A stretch of DNA of 64,000 bases from Lama glama (lineage: Eukaryota): positions 27,902,001 through 27,966,000 of the forward strand of contig CM052818.1 in assembly GCA_028534125.1 (NCBI GenBank), written 5' to 3'. Position numbers and translations under genes: made by a program. The notes beneath the pieces were generated by a model, which saw only the letters and a program-made list of their open reading frames with translations, ran no database searches and was not told the origin of the DNA. Below are positions 40,535-52,672 of this stretch, piece after piece. Every line of letters starts with the position of its first letter. Within the stretch, counting starts at the first letter, position 1.

Positions 40535-41760
40535 GGCTGTTTCAGGAGCTTTCCTTTGACCTTCACCAATATGATAGCCCTTACCCCATTAGGTCAAAGA
40601 ACCAATATATTTCTGACAACTATCAAGTATGTCTGCTACAGTACATATTTGAGAACAGATGAAGGATTACTAGATGGCTCCATGGATCCAGTAGATCCAC
40701 TGTCAGTTAAACAAAAACCAAAACTCCATTTACAACCTAAAACTTATATGCATCACATTAAGGGAGGGAGCATGAAAAATCTTTTGGTTCTTAAGAATTA
40801 ATGCTATCTGTGTCTCACAGTCTTGAAATACCTGAGTATTCTACTTTACCGACTGTGTTGTAACACCAGTAAATAGCCAGGAGTCTCATTGGGAAGGACT
40901 GGGACAGTCATTTCCATATATACCTGCTGTGGTGTTACAGGATTCTTTCTTTAGTTAATATGTTCCAAACCTGAAAACTGGCTCAGGTCTGGGATAAGAC
41001 ATTTTTGACAGTATCTTCCCTCAGCTTCCTGATGTTCTATCCTTGACTTACTTTTTGTGTAAACCGTGTTTTCTCAGTCTCAGCACTATTGCCATTCTGA
41101 GCCAGATAATTCTTTGAGTGTGGAGTTGTTAGTGCATTGCAGGATATTTAGCAGCATCCGCTGCCCTCTGTCTACTAGATGTGAGAGCACCTCCTAAGCT
41201 GTGACAGCCAAAAATGTTTCCAGACAATTGCCGAGTGTCCCCTCATGGAGATGGAGGTGTCAGAATTTCCCTTGGTTGAGAAATACTGGTACAGATTAAT
41301 CAACAATACCTTTGCTAGCTGTGCATCTATTTTGCTCCTAGAATGTTCAATTTCTATTAACCGTCTCCATAATCACTTTCAAGTCAGATAAACTGGCGGC
41401 CATTTTTGCTTTGCCCACCCATTAAAATGATTTTATCTCCCTTGCTTTTGATTATAAAGTGCCATAATTTCTCCCTCTATTACATTTGGGATACTATCAT
41501 CACTATTTTTATTAGAAATTCCAGGGCTGTAGAATTATCTCCTATCATCAGACTCAAAGCAGATTCTCACAAGTGCTGGTGCCCCTTCCACCAGCACATT
41601 TCTGTTACTTCAGTACACAGAGTGTGTTCCTGACGATACTGTAGGGCCTAGTCAGCTTTAGGGTTTTCTAGCCTTACATAGTATATCCACCTTAGCATTC
41701 CCACTTTTCTGAGCCTTTCTGATTTCTTTTCAACCACCAGCCACAGGAGTTCTAGCATTT
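40535..41760 (-). mobile_element. ERVL internal remnant (gag end / protease), split by MER20
   Basis: Minus strand reads IGSLT/GVRAIILVKVKGKLLKQP (~HIGSLTCGVRAIMVGKAKWKPLELP) and LTVDLLDPWSH (~LTVGPVGPRTH), matching the ERVL protease region. Confidence 0.75.
41064..41288 (-). mobile_element. MER20 (hAT-Charlie) MITE
   Basis: Near full-length reverse MER20: 'ttctcagtctcagcactattgccattctgagccagataattcttt...gtgcattgcaggatatttagcagcatc...gtgacagccaaaaatgtttccagacaattgcc...ggttgagaaatactg'. Confidence 0.92.
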
Positions 41761-43076
41761 GTTTAAACGTTTTAAAATTTTTTCAATTTTTTATTAAAGT
41801 ATAGTTGATTCACAAGTAGTGTTGGTTTCTGATATACAGTAAAGTGATTCAGATATACTGTCTGTGTGTGTGTCTGTGTGTCTGTATATATATGTATATT
41901 CCTCTTTATATTCTTTTCCATTTTGGTTTATTACACGATATTGAATATGGTTTCATGGGCTATACAGTAGGACCTTTTTTATTTAGTTTATATATAGTAG
42001 ATTGAATTTGTTAATCCCAAACTCCTAATTTATCCCTCCCCCACCCCTTTTCCCCTTTGGTAATCACAAGTTTGTTTTCTGCTTCTATGAATCTGTTTCT
42101 GTTTTGTAAATAAGTTCTTTTGTAGCATATTTTAGGTTCTACATGTAAATGGTATCAAATGATATTTGTCTTTTTCTGTCTGTCTTACTTCACCTAGTGT
42201 TATAATCTCTGGGTCCATCCAACTTGCTGCCAATGACAATATATTCTTTTTGTGGCTGAGTAACACACCCCCCCCCACATCTTCTTTATCCATTCATCTG
42301 TCAATGGAAATTTAGGTTGCTTCCATGTTTTGGCTATTGTAAATAGTGCTTCAGTGAACATTGGGGTGCATGTATATTTTCAAATTAGAGTTTTTTCCAG
42401 ATATATGCCCAGGAGTGGGATTACTGGATCATGTGGCAATTCTGTTTTTAGCTTTTATAGAAAACGCCATACTGTCTTCTGTGCTGGCTGCACCAATTTA
42501 CATTCCTACCAACGGTGTAGGAGGGATCCCTTTTCTCCACACCCTTTCCAGCATTTATTTATAAACTTTTTAATAATGGCCATTCTGATACTTGTGAAGG
42601 GGTACCTCATTGTAGTTTTGATTTTCATTTCTCTAATAATTAGCGATATTGAGCAACTTTTCATGTGCCTATTGACCATCTGTATGTCTTCTTTGGAGAA
42701 GTACCTGTTTAGATCTTCTGCCCATTTTTTTACTGGGCTGTTTGTTTTTGTTGTTGAGTTGCATGAGCTGCTTGTATATTTTAGAAATTAAGCCCTTGTC
42801 TGTTACATCTTTTGCAGATACTTTCTCCCAGAAGTAGGTTGTTTTTTCATTTTGTTTATGGTTTTCTTTGCTGTGCAAAAGCTTGTAAGTTTGATTAGGT
42901 CCCATTTGTTTATTTTTGCTTTTAATTCTATTGCTTTGGGAAACTGACCTAAGAAAACATTGCTACAGTTTATGTCAGAGAATGTTTTGCCCATATTGTC
43001 TTCTAAGAGTTTTATGGGATTCTGTCTTATATTTAAGTCTTTAAGACATTTTGAGTTTATTTTTGTGTATGGTGTG
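41761..43076 (-). mobile_element. Younger cetartiodactyl-type L1, 5'-truncated (ORF2 C-terminus + 3' UTR), with 15-bp TSD
   Basis: ORF track 42803-42994 (KINKWDLIKLTSFCTAKKTI) and 42669-42905 ([22 protein letters not shown]) are frameshifted L1 ORF2p. TSD ggagttctagcattt (41746-41760) / ggagtcctagcattt (43077-43091). Confidence 0.95.
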
Positions 43077-43091
43077 GGAGTCCTAGCATTT

Positions 43092-43944
43092 TCATCTCAT
43101 TCATTTTGACCCATCACTTTTTCTGATCTTACTACAGCCATCCCAGCAGCCTAGTGTCTCCTGGAATCCTTGCCATGATGTAAAAATTTTTGTTCAATTA
43201 GTAAACTCTACCTTATCCAACTTATAGTCCATCTTCTCTGCTCTATCACATAAGGATTTGATCCCATACATATTCCCACAGCTGCAGCTGGTCTATGATG
43301 ACTAGGTCCTGCAACTTTGTTGGCATATAGTCTCTTTCCTCCTTTAGCCAGTCCAATACTTCCCCAGTGAGGTTATGCTGAGATTTTACTTTAATCATGG
43401 GTCTGGAAGCCACAAGATGAGATGGAGATAGATTCTGAGGTGGGTGGGCAGGTTGGCTTGCAAGACAGAAGCCCCTGTACCATCATGAGTTGAGAACTAG
43501 CCTTTAACAGGGAGGAATGGGCCACTTCTATAGACTCAGAAGGTTCAGATTGGTTTTCCCTTTTGCTGCTGAAGATGTGAATCTCTATATACACTGCCAA
43601 GGAGACTCTAACTCTTTTACTTTGTCTCACATTGTTGATTACCTACTCTAAAGTTTACATTGTTTACCTTCAATGTATGGGTAGCCAACAGCAATTCCAT
43701 AATTATATAGTATAATTAATATTTTGCCATCTCTCTCAAATTCCTGCAATATCACAACAGCAGTGTGCTCCCTTCTATTGATTTTTCCATCCCAACAAAG
43801 GAGTGTTAACAATTACATCACTGCAGCATGCTAGGTTTCTCAGTATTCTATATTTTACTAAGGTTGGAACCCCTATCACCAGATAGCCCACTCATGATCC
43901 TACTCTGAAAATCCCACTTTAGAATTGCCTTCTGTGTACCAAAC
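43092..43944 (-). mobile_element. ERVL internal remnant (leader and gag N-terminus; ERV3-16A3_I-like)
   Basis: Minus strand after the LTR begins 'gtttggtacacagaagg' (ERVL PBS-like junction). Translation WDGKINRREH and ORF 43391-43630 RVSLAVYIEIHIFSSKRE resemble ERVL gag (~RASLAAYKETLISCSRRAE). Confidence 0.72.
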
Positions 43945-44349
43945 TGTCATATGAAGGGTCTCCAAGAAATAGATTCTAAAATGGAAATTTCTGTGAAGAA
44001 GAATTATTGTGAAGTGCTCTCAGGAGCAATACCAGTAAAGTAATGAGGGCTGTAGAATCAGGCAGAGGAAGAATTGATCTACAGTGAAGTTATAGCATGG
44101 GCCTCAGCTGATCCTATGGAGACTTCTGGACCTGGAATGAACTTTCATGGTTGTCTCCCTAATGAAGGAAGGTACTGGACCTTTATGTTAATACATTCCC
44201 TATATCAACCAATCATTATGTCTGCTCTTCCCAGGAAGGTGTGTAACTTTTGGTGTATTAGCTCCCTACCTCTATATTCAGGTATCTGGGGGAATGAGTG
44301 TCTCAGTCCTGAAGGAGGATCAAGGTCATAGGCAATGTTGTTCACTACA
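43945..44349 (-). mobile_element. LTR16-family ERVL LTR (5' LTR of the minus-strand provirus)
   Basis: TGT...ACA termini. 'ggcagaggaagaattgatctacagtgaagttatagcatgggcctcagctgatcctatggagacttctggacctggaatg' and 'ctgggggaatgagtgtctcagtcctgaaggaggatc' follow reverse LTR16 consensus as recalled. Confidence 0.85.
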
Positions 44350-44704
44350 GCCCCCCTCTAGAATCTCTGTTTAGTATGGAGTATCAGCTTCAGCATTTCC
44401 ACATCGTTTCCACTTAAGGCTTGGTCTTCAGATTGTACCTAGTACTGAGATTAGCATTTTCCTCAAGGATACCTTTAAAAAAAAGATTTATCATTTAGTG
44501 CTTTCAGCACCTAGTTCTGAGCTCAAACTTGTGTTCTCTTTTTCTTTTACAAATGGGTGCCACATTCTTAAAGATTTCCCTTACTTTTGCCCAACCAGAA
44601 AAAAGTACTTCAGCATCTAGCTGTTTTTCTCAGGACAATTCATAATATACACCAAACTGTACGGCTGTAGGCAGATGTCCTTTAAGGAGTAGAAAAATAT
44701 AAGA

Positions 44705-45131
44705 TGTAGTGAGCACCACTTAGATCCCCCTTCGTGGAAGGAAGATCTTTTTGCTCCAGTTGCTCTGAGCACTGTCTGCAGACAGCCTTCAACTCTCAGT
44801 CTCTCTAGTACTGCTTTAGCTATAGAAAGCCACCTTTTCCAAGGTCATACTTTTTCCAGAAAAGGGCACATTTGAGCAGTGTAGAAATACAAAGCCCAGC
44901 CACTTTAGCCCTGATTGAACAACTCTGATGTTCATTGTAGCTGAAGATTTCTCTGTACAATGACTTAAAACTGTCTTTGAAACTCCATCACAGGTTGACT
45001 TCTTCATCTGTCCAGTTCTGCTTCCTTCTTCTCTGTTCCACAAGTGTTAATGCTAAGGATGCTTGCTAGTAAACATCCTGTACACTAAACTCTTCGTCAG
45101 GTCAGCTTCCTGGAATACCCGAACAATGATA
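44705..45131 (+). mobile_element. LTR16-family solo LTR
   Basis: Starts 'tgtagtg...agatcccccttc'. Contains 'gaaagccaccttttccaaggtcatac' and 'ttctgcttccttct...ccacaagtgttaatgctaagg...agtaaacatcctgtacactaaactc...cagcttcctggaataccc'. Confidence 0.82.
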
Positions 45132-46219
45132 TGATGTAAGATTATTTATACTTGCATATATATATGTTATATATATATATAACATTTAAATCACTGCTTA
45201 CATCTCTTGTGGCTGAGATGAGTAATATATTTGGGCTCTTATTATAATATCCCAGGTATTTACAGGATACTTAGTTGTCATTGTCTAAGTTGGCAAACAT
45301 ATGAATTTCTGTGGAGTGGCATCTCTTTCTCTCTACTTCTCGTTATCATTCCTGTGTATACGGAGAAGAATATGAAAGAGAGCAAAATAAGATGAAGCAA
45401 CTTTGTGTAATGCAATTTTACTGCAGTAATAAAATTGAATCTTCAATCGTGTAAAAATTTGGGCATTTTACTAAAATTCAACATGCTTGTTTACTACTAA
45501 GTTGTTTTGTGGTTCTCTTATATACACTGCCTGCATAACACTGGTTGAACAAATTCATGTTCTTGTTATCTTTTTCAAATATTGTTTTGAACACCTAGCT
45601 GAGTATGGAAAATTAGGAAAGATAGATGCCTTGGGGGGATTATCATTGGAGTCAAACTGGGCAAATGGTAAGTCCTGCCCTTCTTTTCTCAGGACCAATT
45701 TAGCTCACTTTGTCTTTAGATGTTGCACTTAAGTCCAGCATTTTTAGGAGACTACCTTCTTAAAAAATAAGATATGATGAGTAATTTAACCCTGTATCAC
45801 CTTGTTTTATGAAAATGACTTTGCTTTCAACATGACCATTTTGATATATGGGAGCCCCTCAAGAAGGTACACTTGGAAAAACAAGAATTCTCATATGTAG
45901 TTATGAATAAAAACCAATGCATAACCCTCTGAATCTCGGTGTTAGCTTCTTGTAGCTACATTCTAACCATAAACAAAATTTATTTCTAATTGTCCTGTAG
46001 TGATACTATCTTCAGGGGAACACCATTTACCATTGTCACCTCTTGTCTCCTTACCTGGGCATTTTCAAACTAGGCTATTTTATTTATGGAGGAACTTGGT
46101 TCTGTGGAAATTTAGTATTCATCTTATTGGGCAAGCCCCTTACTTTGAATTACTCTCTGAATACCATGGATTTAGCATTGATTATAAGCTAGGTATTAGT
46201 TACCCCATTTAATTACCTT

Positions 46220-46800
46220 ACCTTAATGACAGTCACCGAAGGTGAACATTATTCTTCCTCACACCCATTTTGCAGGTAAGAAAGCTCAGGTTCACACAGT
46301 TAGCAATGAAGTCTGCCAGAGTTCAAACCTAAGTCTGTCTACATCTCTCTAGCATTTATTAAGTGCCTATTATTAAGTGTGTCTGGTATTGCACTCATAT
46401 GTTTATATTATGTATTCGTTAAGCTAATTCATTCATGCAGCAATTCTTTACTGAACTCCCACTCTAACCATGGGTTGTTTTAGGCACTGGAGATACAGTG
46501 GGAAAAAACAAACAAACAGAAAAGCCCCTGACCTCAGGAACTTACCTGAGTTTGAGAGATAGAATACAGTTAATCAAATAAATATTTACTATGCCAAGTG
46601 ATGATTAATGTTAGGAATAAAAGTAAAGCAGAGGGTTAGAGAATTCTCAAAATCACTCAGCAAAGCAGAAAGTACCTATATTTCTTAGGTTTGAGACACT
46701 GAGAAGTTAAGTACCTTGTTCAGTATTAGTCAGAGCTTGTAAATGACCAGTAAGATTGGATTCTTTGACTGCCTAATACCAGAATCTGTGACCTTTTCAG
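46220..46800 (-). mobile_element. MIR / L2 / MIR cluster
   Basis: MIR core 'cccattttgcaggtaagaaagctcagg...gagttcaaacctaagtctgtct'. L2 end 'attcattcatgcagcaattctttactgaactccc...ttaggcactggagatacagtg'. MIR 'gagacactgagaagttaagtaccttg'. Confidence 0.7.
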
Positions 46801-48654
46801 CATCATGCTCATTTCTATTTCTCATCTTGTATCTCTCTTGTTCCTTTGTATTTCTTTAGTCCCCTTCAAAATTTCCACTCCAACTTGATTTGTCTCCTTT
46901 GCTTCCTGCCAAGTAAGCTTGAAGGTAAAGTATTTCTCATGGGAAAGTACAAAAAAGAGATAGAAAAAGAAGGGACGGCTCAGAACTAAACCCAGTATGA
47001 AGGATGATTTTGTAGCATAGCAAGCTCATTTTTAAAATGTCTATGACCCACTGCCAATATTTTCCTTTTCCTTTGAGTTCTTATGATGCCCATGACTGCT
47101 TAGGGAACTATGTGCTCATCTCTTTGTGCTTCCTCTTTTCTTATCCTGTGCTCCTTTCTATGCTATTTTTGGAATATTACAGAATTATTCAATTTAAGGT
47201 GTTACAGTGTGAAATGGCTTAATTCCATAGGACACCAAGATAGGCTAAATTTTTAGAGTTGCCTTCAGTGTTCACCATCTGAGTTGATACATGCAAAGGT
47301 TCCTTTGGACATATAGGGAAGTCAGAATTTTGTCAGGAAATGTTTATCTCATGAAATCACACTATAGTAGCATTATAATTGGCTTGTGTGTTAGCACTGA
47401 GTGAAAAGTATTTTAACCAGTAGTATCAGTATGTTCTTTCATATCTTGATGTGAACATACCTGTGATTTCCTTCCCTGAAATATCTTTCTAGTCTCCACA
47501 TAGTAAATTCTTCTAGTCCTTCAAGATCTAGTACAGATTGCATAATCCTTGGTGCATCAAATCCAAAGACTTTTGTACTTAGTTCCTGTATAGAATTTAC
47601 CACACTGCATTGTAATTACTGGCTTAGATGTGAGTTCCTTTTTAAGTATGCACACCCCCCCCCACAATGCCTAGCTTAATCTATATGTACCTTCAATAGT
47701 AAAATAAAGTTTTGAAAATTATATAAGATCTTTCTTTCTCAGTATCCATGAGTTTTATTTTAAATTTATTTATATGTTTTTAAATTTAGTTTTAACTTTT
47801 ATTTTTAATTTAACAATCATATTACTGTATTTTACAATTATATTCCTTTTTCTATATTATGCTGCATTTTCTCATTGGTAGGTTTCTTAGGAACTTAGTC
47901 AAATTGTTAATAACATTTATGAAACACAATTTGCGTTTAAAATATTATTTATAAAGAAGATGTAGATATGGTTTCCAACTTTTAATATCTTATTAATGAA
48001 ATCAGGAAACTGAAAATACTCATTTCCCTAAAGAAAAATACTCATTTCCCTCAAGGAATTTCACTGATAATTTACTGTTATCAGTGATGGCATCTGTTTT
48101 CAGACTCATTCTTTGAAGCAAGAAATTATGTTTTAATTGAAGCCATTATTAACCAAGTGCAAATGAAAAGGCTATTAATTTCTAAAATGTATTTGAGTTT
48201 TGCTATATTGGTCATTTTCATTGCTTTTACTGGTTATAAGGAGCCATCAGATACTGAGTGATTTTGCAAAATCTTCTGTTTCTGAAACTGAATGAAAATC
48301 ATAGATCCATTTATTTATTCTCTTGACTAATTCCTGCAGATACAAAATGATATTTTACAAATGTAGGCGTATGGCTCCTTCAGATTTTTCATGCTGTGTC
48401 AATACATTTATGGTCAAGTTGGCAGTGGATTATTTTGATTTTTTATGACCTAAGAGAGGTTTGTGACTGCCCCTAAAATTGTAATACTGCTCCTTATAAA
48501 TATTGATGAATTAATGTTGTTACAGAACATTATAAGTATTTTACTCAAATTAATATTTTCAGGAGGGTAAAGATTAGTGACTTACTCTAACTTCCCCTCA
48601 GATCCAAGGCTGCTCAACATTAGACTGGTGTAAATGACAGCTGAATTTCCAAGT

Positions 48655-48845
48655 CAAACATCTCTAGTTTGGCTTCCAGTTCTGCTGGCACTAACCATGT
48701 AAACCTAGGCAAACCTCCTAACACCTCCATGAACTTCAGTTTCATCATTCGTAAAATGAGTACAATACTATGTATCTTAGGGGTTCTGTGAGAATTAAAA
48801 GTGATAATACATGCTGACGCGTTTTCTAGAGTATAAAAGTACATT
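48655..48845 (+). mobile_element. MIR SINE
   Basis: 'ccagttctgctggcactaaccatgtaaacctaggcaaacctcctaacacctccatgaacttcagtttcatcattcgtaaaatgagtacaata...agggttctgtgagaattaaa'. Confidence 0.85.
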
Positions 48846-51800
48846 ATAGGATGGGATTAAGAGCATGCATTTTAATTACCACAATTAAATGAAACACATT
48901 ATGATTGACTCTCTGTCCAGTGTGAAGGGACGTGATACACAGCCAAGCTGAATTCTGTTATTTTTCTCACATTCTCCCAGAGCTGATCATGCTACATCCA
49001 TGCAGCTATTCAAGATCCACTTGACAGATTTTTAGACTAAATGTAGTTGTTGATTCTTTTTCCTGTTTAAAATTCTACTTTTATCACATCAGAAATGTCA
49101 GCCCAAGAACACATGCTGACAGATGATTGAGGGTTTTACTCTGAAGCAATGTAGAAAGCAAATACATTCTTGAGGGAAAAGTAAATTAGAGATATTGGAT
49201 TCATGAAAAGGCACATAGCTTTTGTTATCTGTCTGTTAGCAACACTTGTCCTACCTAGAGAGACATGATTTGCCAGAACTATTACATCAGTGAATTCAGG
49301 AGCAGGAAATATTAAAATGTGCATTAAAGTTAACAACAGCAGCAACAACAACAGCAACTCTGGTATAGAGGACGTGAGGTTACTAACATGGTCTTGATGG
49401 TGAAATAGGATGAAAAGGGTTTGGAAACAGTGGGTAGCAGTGCCAGAATTCCTTTCACATAATACTTTTCAAGTCAAAAGCATCCATTTAAAATAAATAT
49501 AAAATAGAATATAGTTCTTACCTAACTTTACTGAGGGCAAAGCAACATATCTAATGTAAAGCATACTGTATACATATACATACACACACGCACCTGCAAG
49601 ACTAATGCAAAACAATCCTGTCACTCTCTGAGCTCTGCAGTCTTGTAAGTGTATTAAAATAAAGAATACGACATCTGTAGTGTGAATCTACAGCTAGCTA
49701 TATTTGGTCACTTTTGCTTTGGTGACCACCACAACTGAGACTTCCTCTCAGTGAGAGTATAATTTCTTAAATGTTAGTTAGTTAACTGAATTTAAAATTT
49801 TTGTCAGCAGTTCAGAAGACCTAAAGAACTGGATGGAACCATATGCTTATTTTAGTATTACTTGTCTTGAAATACACATAGTGAATCACAATTTAAAGAA
49901 GACAAAGGATATTTAATGTGTGAAGTTGATTGATTATGATTGCTCACAATTATGGACAAAATTAACTGGAACACCCGAAGTCTATCATATTTAACTTTAT
50001 TGAGGGGAGAAAGAAGCTGATGAAGTAAACTTTAATCATTACATTATATTGTCAGGTTAAAGTTCAGATTATAAACTTATAAACAACTTTTGACACTACC
50101 TGCATCAAAAAATGATGTGGAATGTCCAAAGAGAGTGAAAAAATATTGTTAGTGTAACACAACCTGGGGTCTGTTAAAAAAAAAATACAAACAAACCATC
50201 ATTTGGATAGTTTTGACTCTAAGGTGTATTATGGTATGCCCACATCGGGCAAAAATAAGTAAGCCCTATCTATGACCCAATAGGTACAGAGGTAACAGGC
50301 AGTACCAGGGCTATTTCACAGCAAGACACCGTAGCACCAGGAGGAACACTCCAAACTTTAATTAGGTGCCGCAGGGTTTGACTACATGGTTGGTTAATCT
50401 CCTCTTGAGGGACTGCCATGTAGGACACTGGGTGAAGTCTACAGGAAAAAAAGTAAGCTATAGTTGTAAGTGAATAGTTGGGAAACAGCCCTATTTTGTT
50501 GCTGTAAATATGTTTATTTGAAAATTTCTGACGTTTTATAAAGCCAGTTCTGCTCCTACTTACTCTCCTAAAGTCAGATAATAAATTGTGTAGTGATCTA
50601 TCTACGTTACTTCACTGATTTTACTCAGCTGTTAAAATTACTGCATTGAAGAAATTGTGGTCAGAGCACACAGAGATTAGTTCTCTCTGTATTTTGTGTG
50701 ATTTCCTAAGGTGGTGGGACAGTCTGAAAGGGAGATAGAACCTTGAAGCAACATTTTATTTCCCTATTTTTAAATGTAATGCCCAGAGGAAAGTTGATTC
50801 TCAGTAAATATTTGTTTTAATAAATGGATGAACGAAGGAAGTTTTCACTTAATGTGTAGTGTCAGAAAAGAATGGATATAGGTGTGATAAAGTAGATATG
50901 GAGCACGGACAAGGATTTACACAGATTTTACTACAAAGTGTTACTACAGGCCTTCCTCAGTGATGATGATGGAGGGACCGAATTACGCTGAAGCAATTCC
51001 ATTTTCTCCAAAACAAAGATTAAATATGGGTTACAAAAGTAGCCAAGTCTGGTTTTTAGTTGTAGAAAGTTTACAGAAAATTTTCTAGAATTAGCACTAA
51101 TTCTAGTACATCTAGATAAACAAAAGTTACTGGATATGAGTTTAAATAAATTGAAATCATATAGATGGAACGATTACTGAGACACTTCAGAATGTGCTAA
51201 CTCATTAGCACACCCCTGCAAACTCAGTTTGATGTCTACATATATTTATATTCTGCAAAGTCTTGAATACTATTCAGAAGTTGAGTTATCAAATGACTTT
51301 CTATAATTGACTGAAGAAAGAGTGTCTTACTGGACAATAATACTGAAACATTTCAAGTCAAAACATTTTAGTTTGTCTTCCTTCCTTCTGGACATGGGAA
51401 GAGGACTTGAAGAATATGCTGTGACCTATGAATTGGACTAAAAATAAGGACTAGGTTTTTGTTTTTTCACTCTTTTCATCATTGCAATTCTCTTCTTAGC
51501 ACATGATCTGTTTTCTTCATATATTAAGCTTAAAAGCAAATGACTTCTGAGAGATGTCTTCTGTGAAATGTTCATTTGTCAGCACACTTAGGAAAAATGT
51601 TTTTCCTTTCTGCTATAAGGCAACATTTTAACTTGCACATGTATAGCATTTTCATACCCTGGCACCTAATTCCCAATTTGCATGATGACAACATCATGAT
51701 AGCATAAAAGAGATACTAAGAAAAAATAACTTGAACTGCTTATGACTCCAAAATTGAAGAGATGCTATAAAAGCACTGTTGACTGGAAATAGTTCTATTA

Positions 51801-52549
51801 TCCCCTTCAGGCAGGGCTGTGATGAAGGCTTAATGGCTTATAAATGCTAGAGCTTTCTTTATCCAATGAGATTAGGATATATTTCTTTTCTTCTTACCAA
51901 GCTCTCTTGTGACTAGTTGCACAGCCTTCAGAAGGTGGTGGGAAGTTTTCAATCCTATAAAAAGGTTATAAAAATCCTGTTAGCTGTGGAGCATATATCT
52001 TAGTAGTAGGAGGACATTCCAGACAGGTCTGTTGCATCAACTTTTGACGTTATTCTGTCAGTTTCTCGTATACTAACATATACTCTCAACGCACATTTTA
52101 TGTACATCAGTTTCTTCTCTTACACCTAGCAGCTGAGCCATGGTATTGTCTTGCTCATGGAAATTCTCCTTTAACCACTGTGGAGTACTCAACTAGTGCC
52201 TCTGGTCTGCTTGCTTAGGTCCAATACTTTTTCTCATGAGAGGATACTGCTGCTTATGTATCATGAGGAATTGAAGGAAACTGTTTTTCCTTCTGACACT
52301 TCTTTTAGACTTGCAATTGGAGTCTCTGTTGATAAGAACAGAAGCAGAATAAAGCTTGCATTATCCTTTGCAGTTAATGTAAGTAAATGCTTAGGTAGTA
52401 TGGAGCCCTCAAAGACAATCCTTGACATTCTAATACTGAGAAAAGCAATGAAGATAGGAAGACTTGGAGATCTGATAAAATTAAATGTTATACACAATTT
52501 CTTTGAAAAGCCTTCTCCATCCCCTGTCTAATTGAAATGGAAATTTCCT

Positions 52550-52672
52550 TGCTTGTAAATGCAGATTTCTGTACCCTTTTCCTGAATTGCTAAATCAGAA
52601 CTCCTATTGCTGAGGCTCTGATATGGAGCATCATAGGTAACTTGTTAAGCACACTAAAGTTTGAGAAGAACT
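52550..52672. mobile_element. MER5-like hAT-Charlie fragment
   Basis: 'aaatgcagatttctgtaccc...tgctaaatcagaactc...gcacactaaagtttgagaa'. Confidence 0.6.

Noticed and set aside
42330..42791. 153-aa plus-strand ORF
   Set aside because: Antisense to L1 ORF2/3' UTR; a common artefactual L1 antisense frame, not a host gene.
46266..46281. ttttgcag|gtaaga recursive-splice-like motif
   Set aside because: Explained as a mutated MIR core (cccattttacagatgagg).
49331..49358. CAA/CAG repeat resembling a polyQ tract
   Set aside because: Short, preceded by an in-frame stop in the Gln frame, with no splice context.
50952..50993. C box (GTGATGA) and D box (CTGA) pair suggesting a C/D snoRNA
   Set aside because: Boxes are only about 22 nt apart, too short for a snoRNA, and no recognisable rRNA guide.
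52196..52531. 111-aa ORF
   Set aside because: Non-ATG start, no recognisable domain, no splice support; length compatible with chance.
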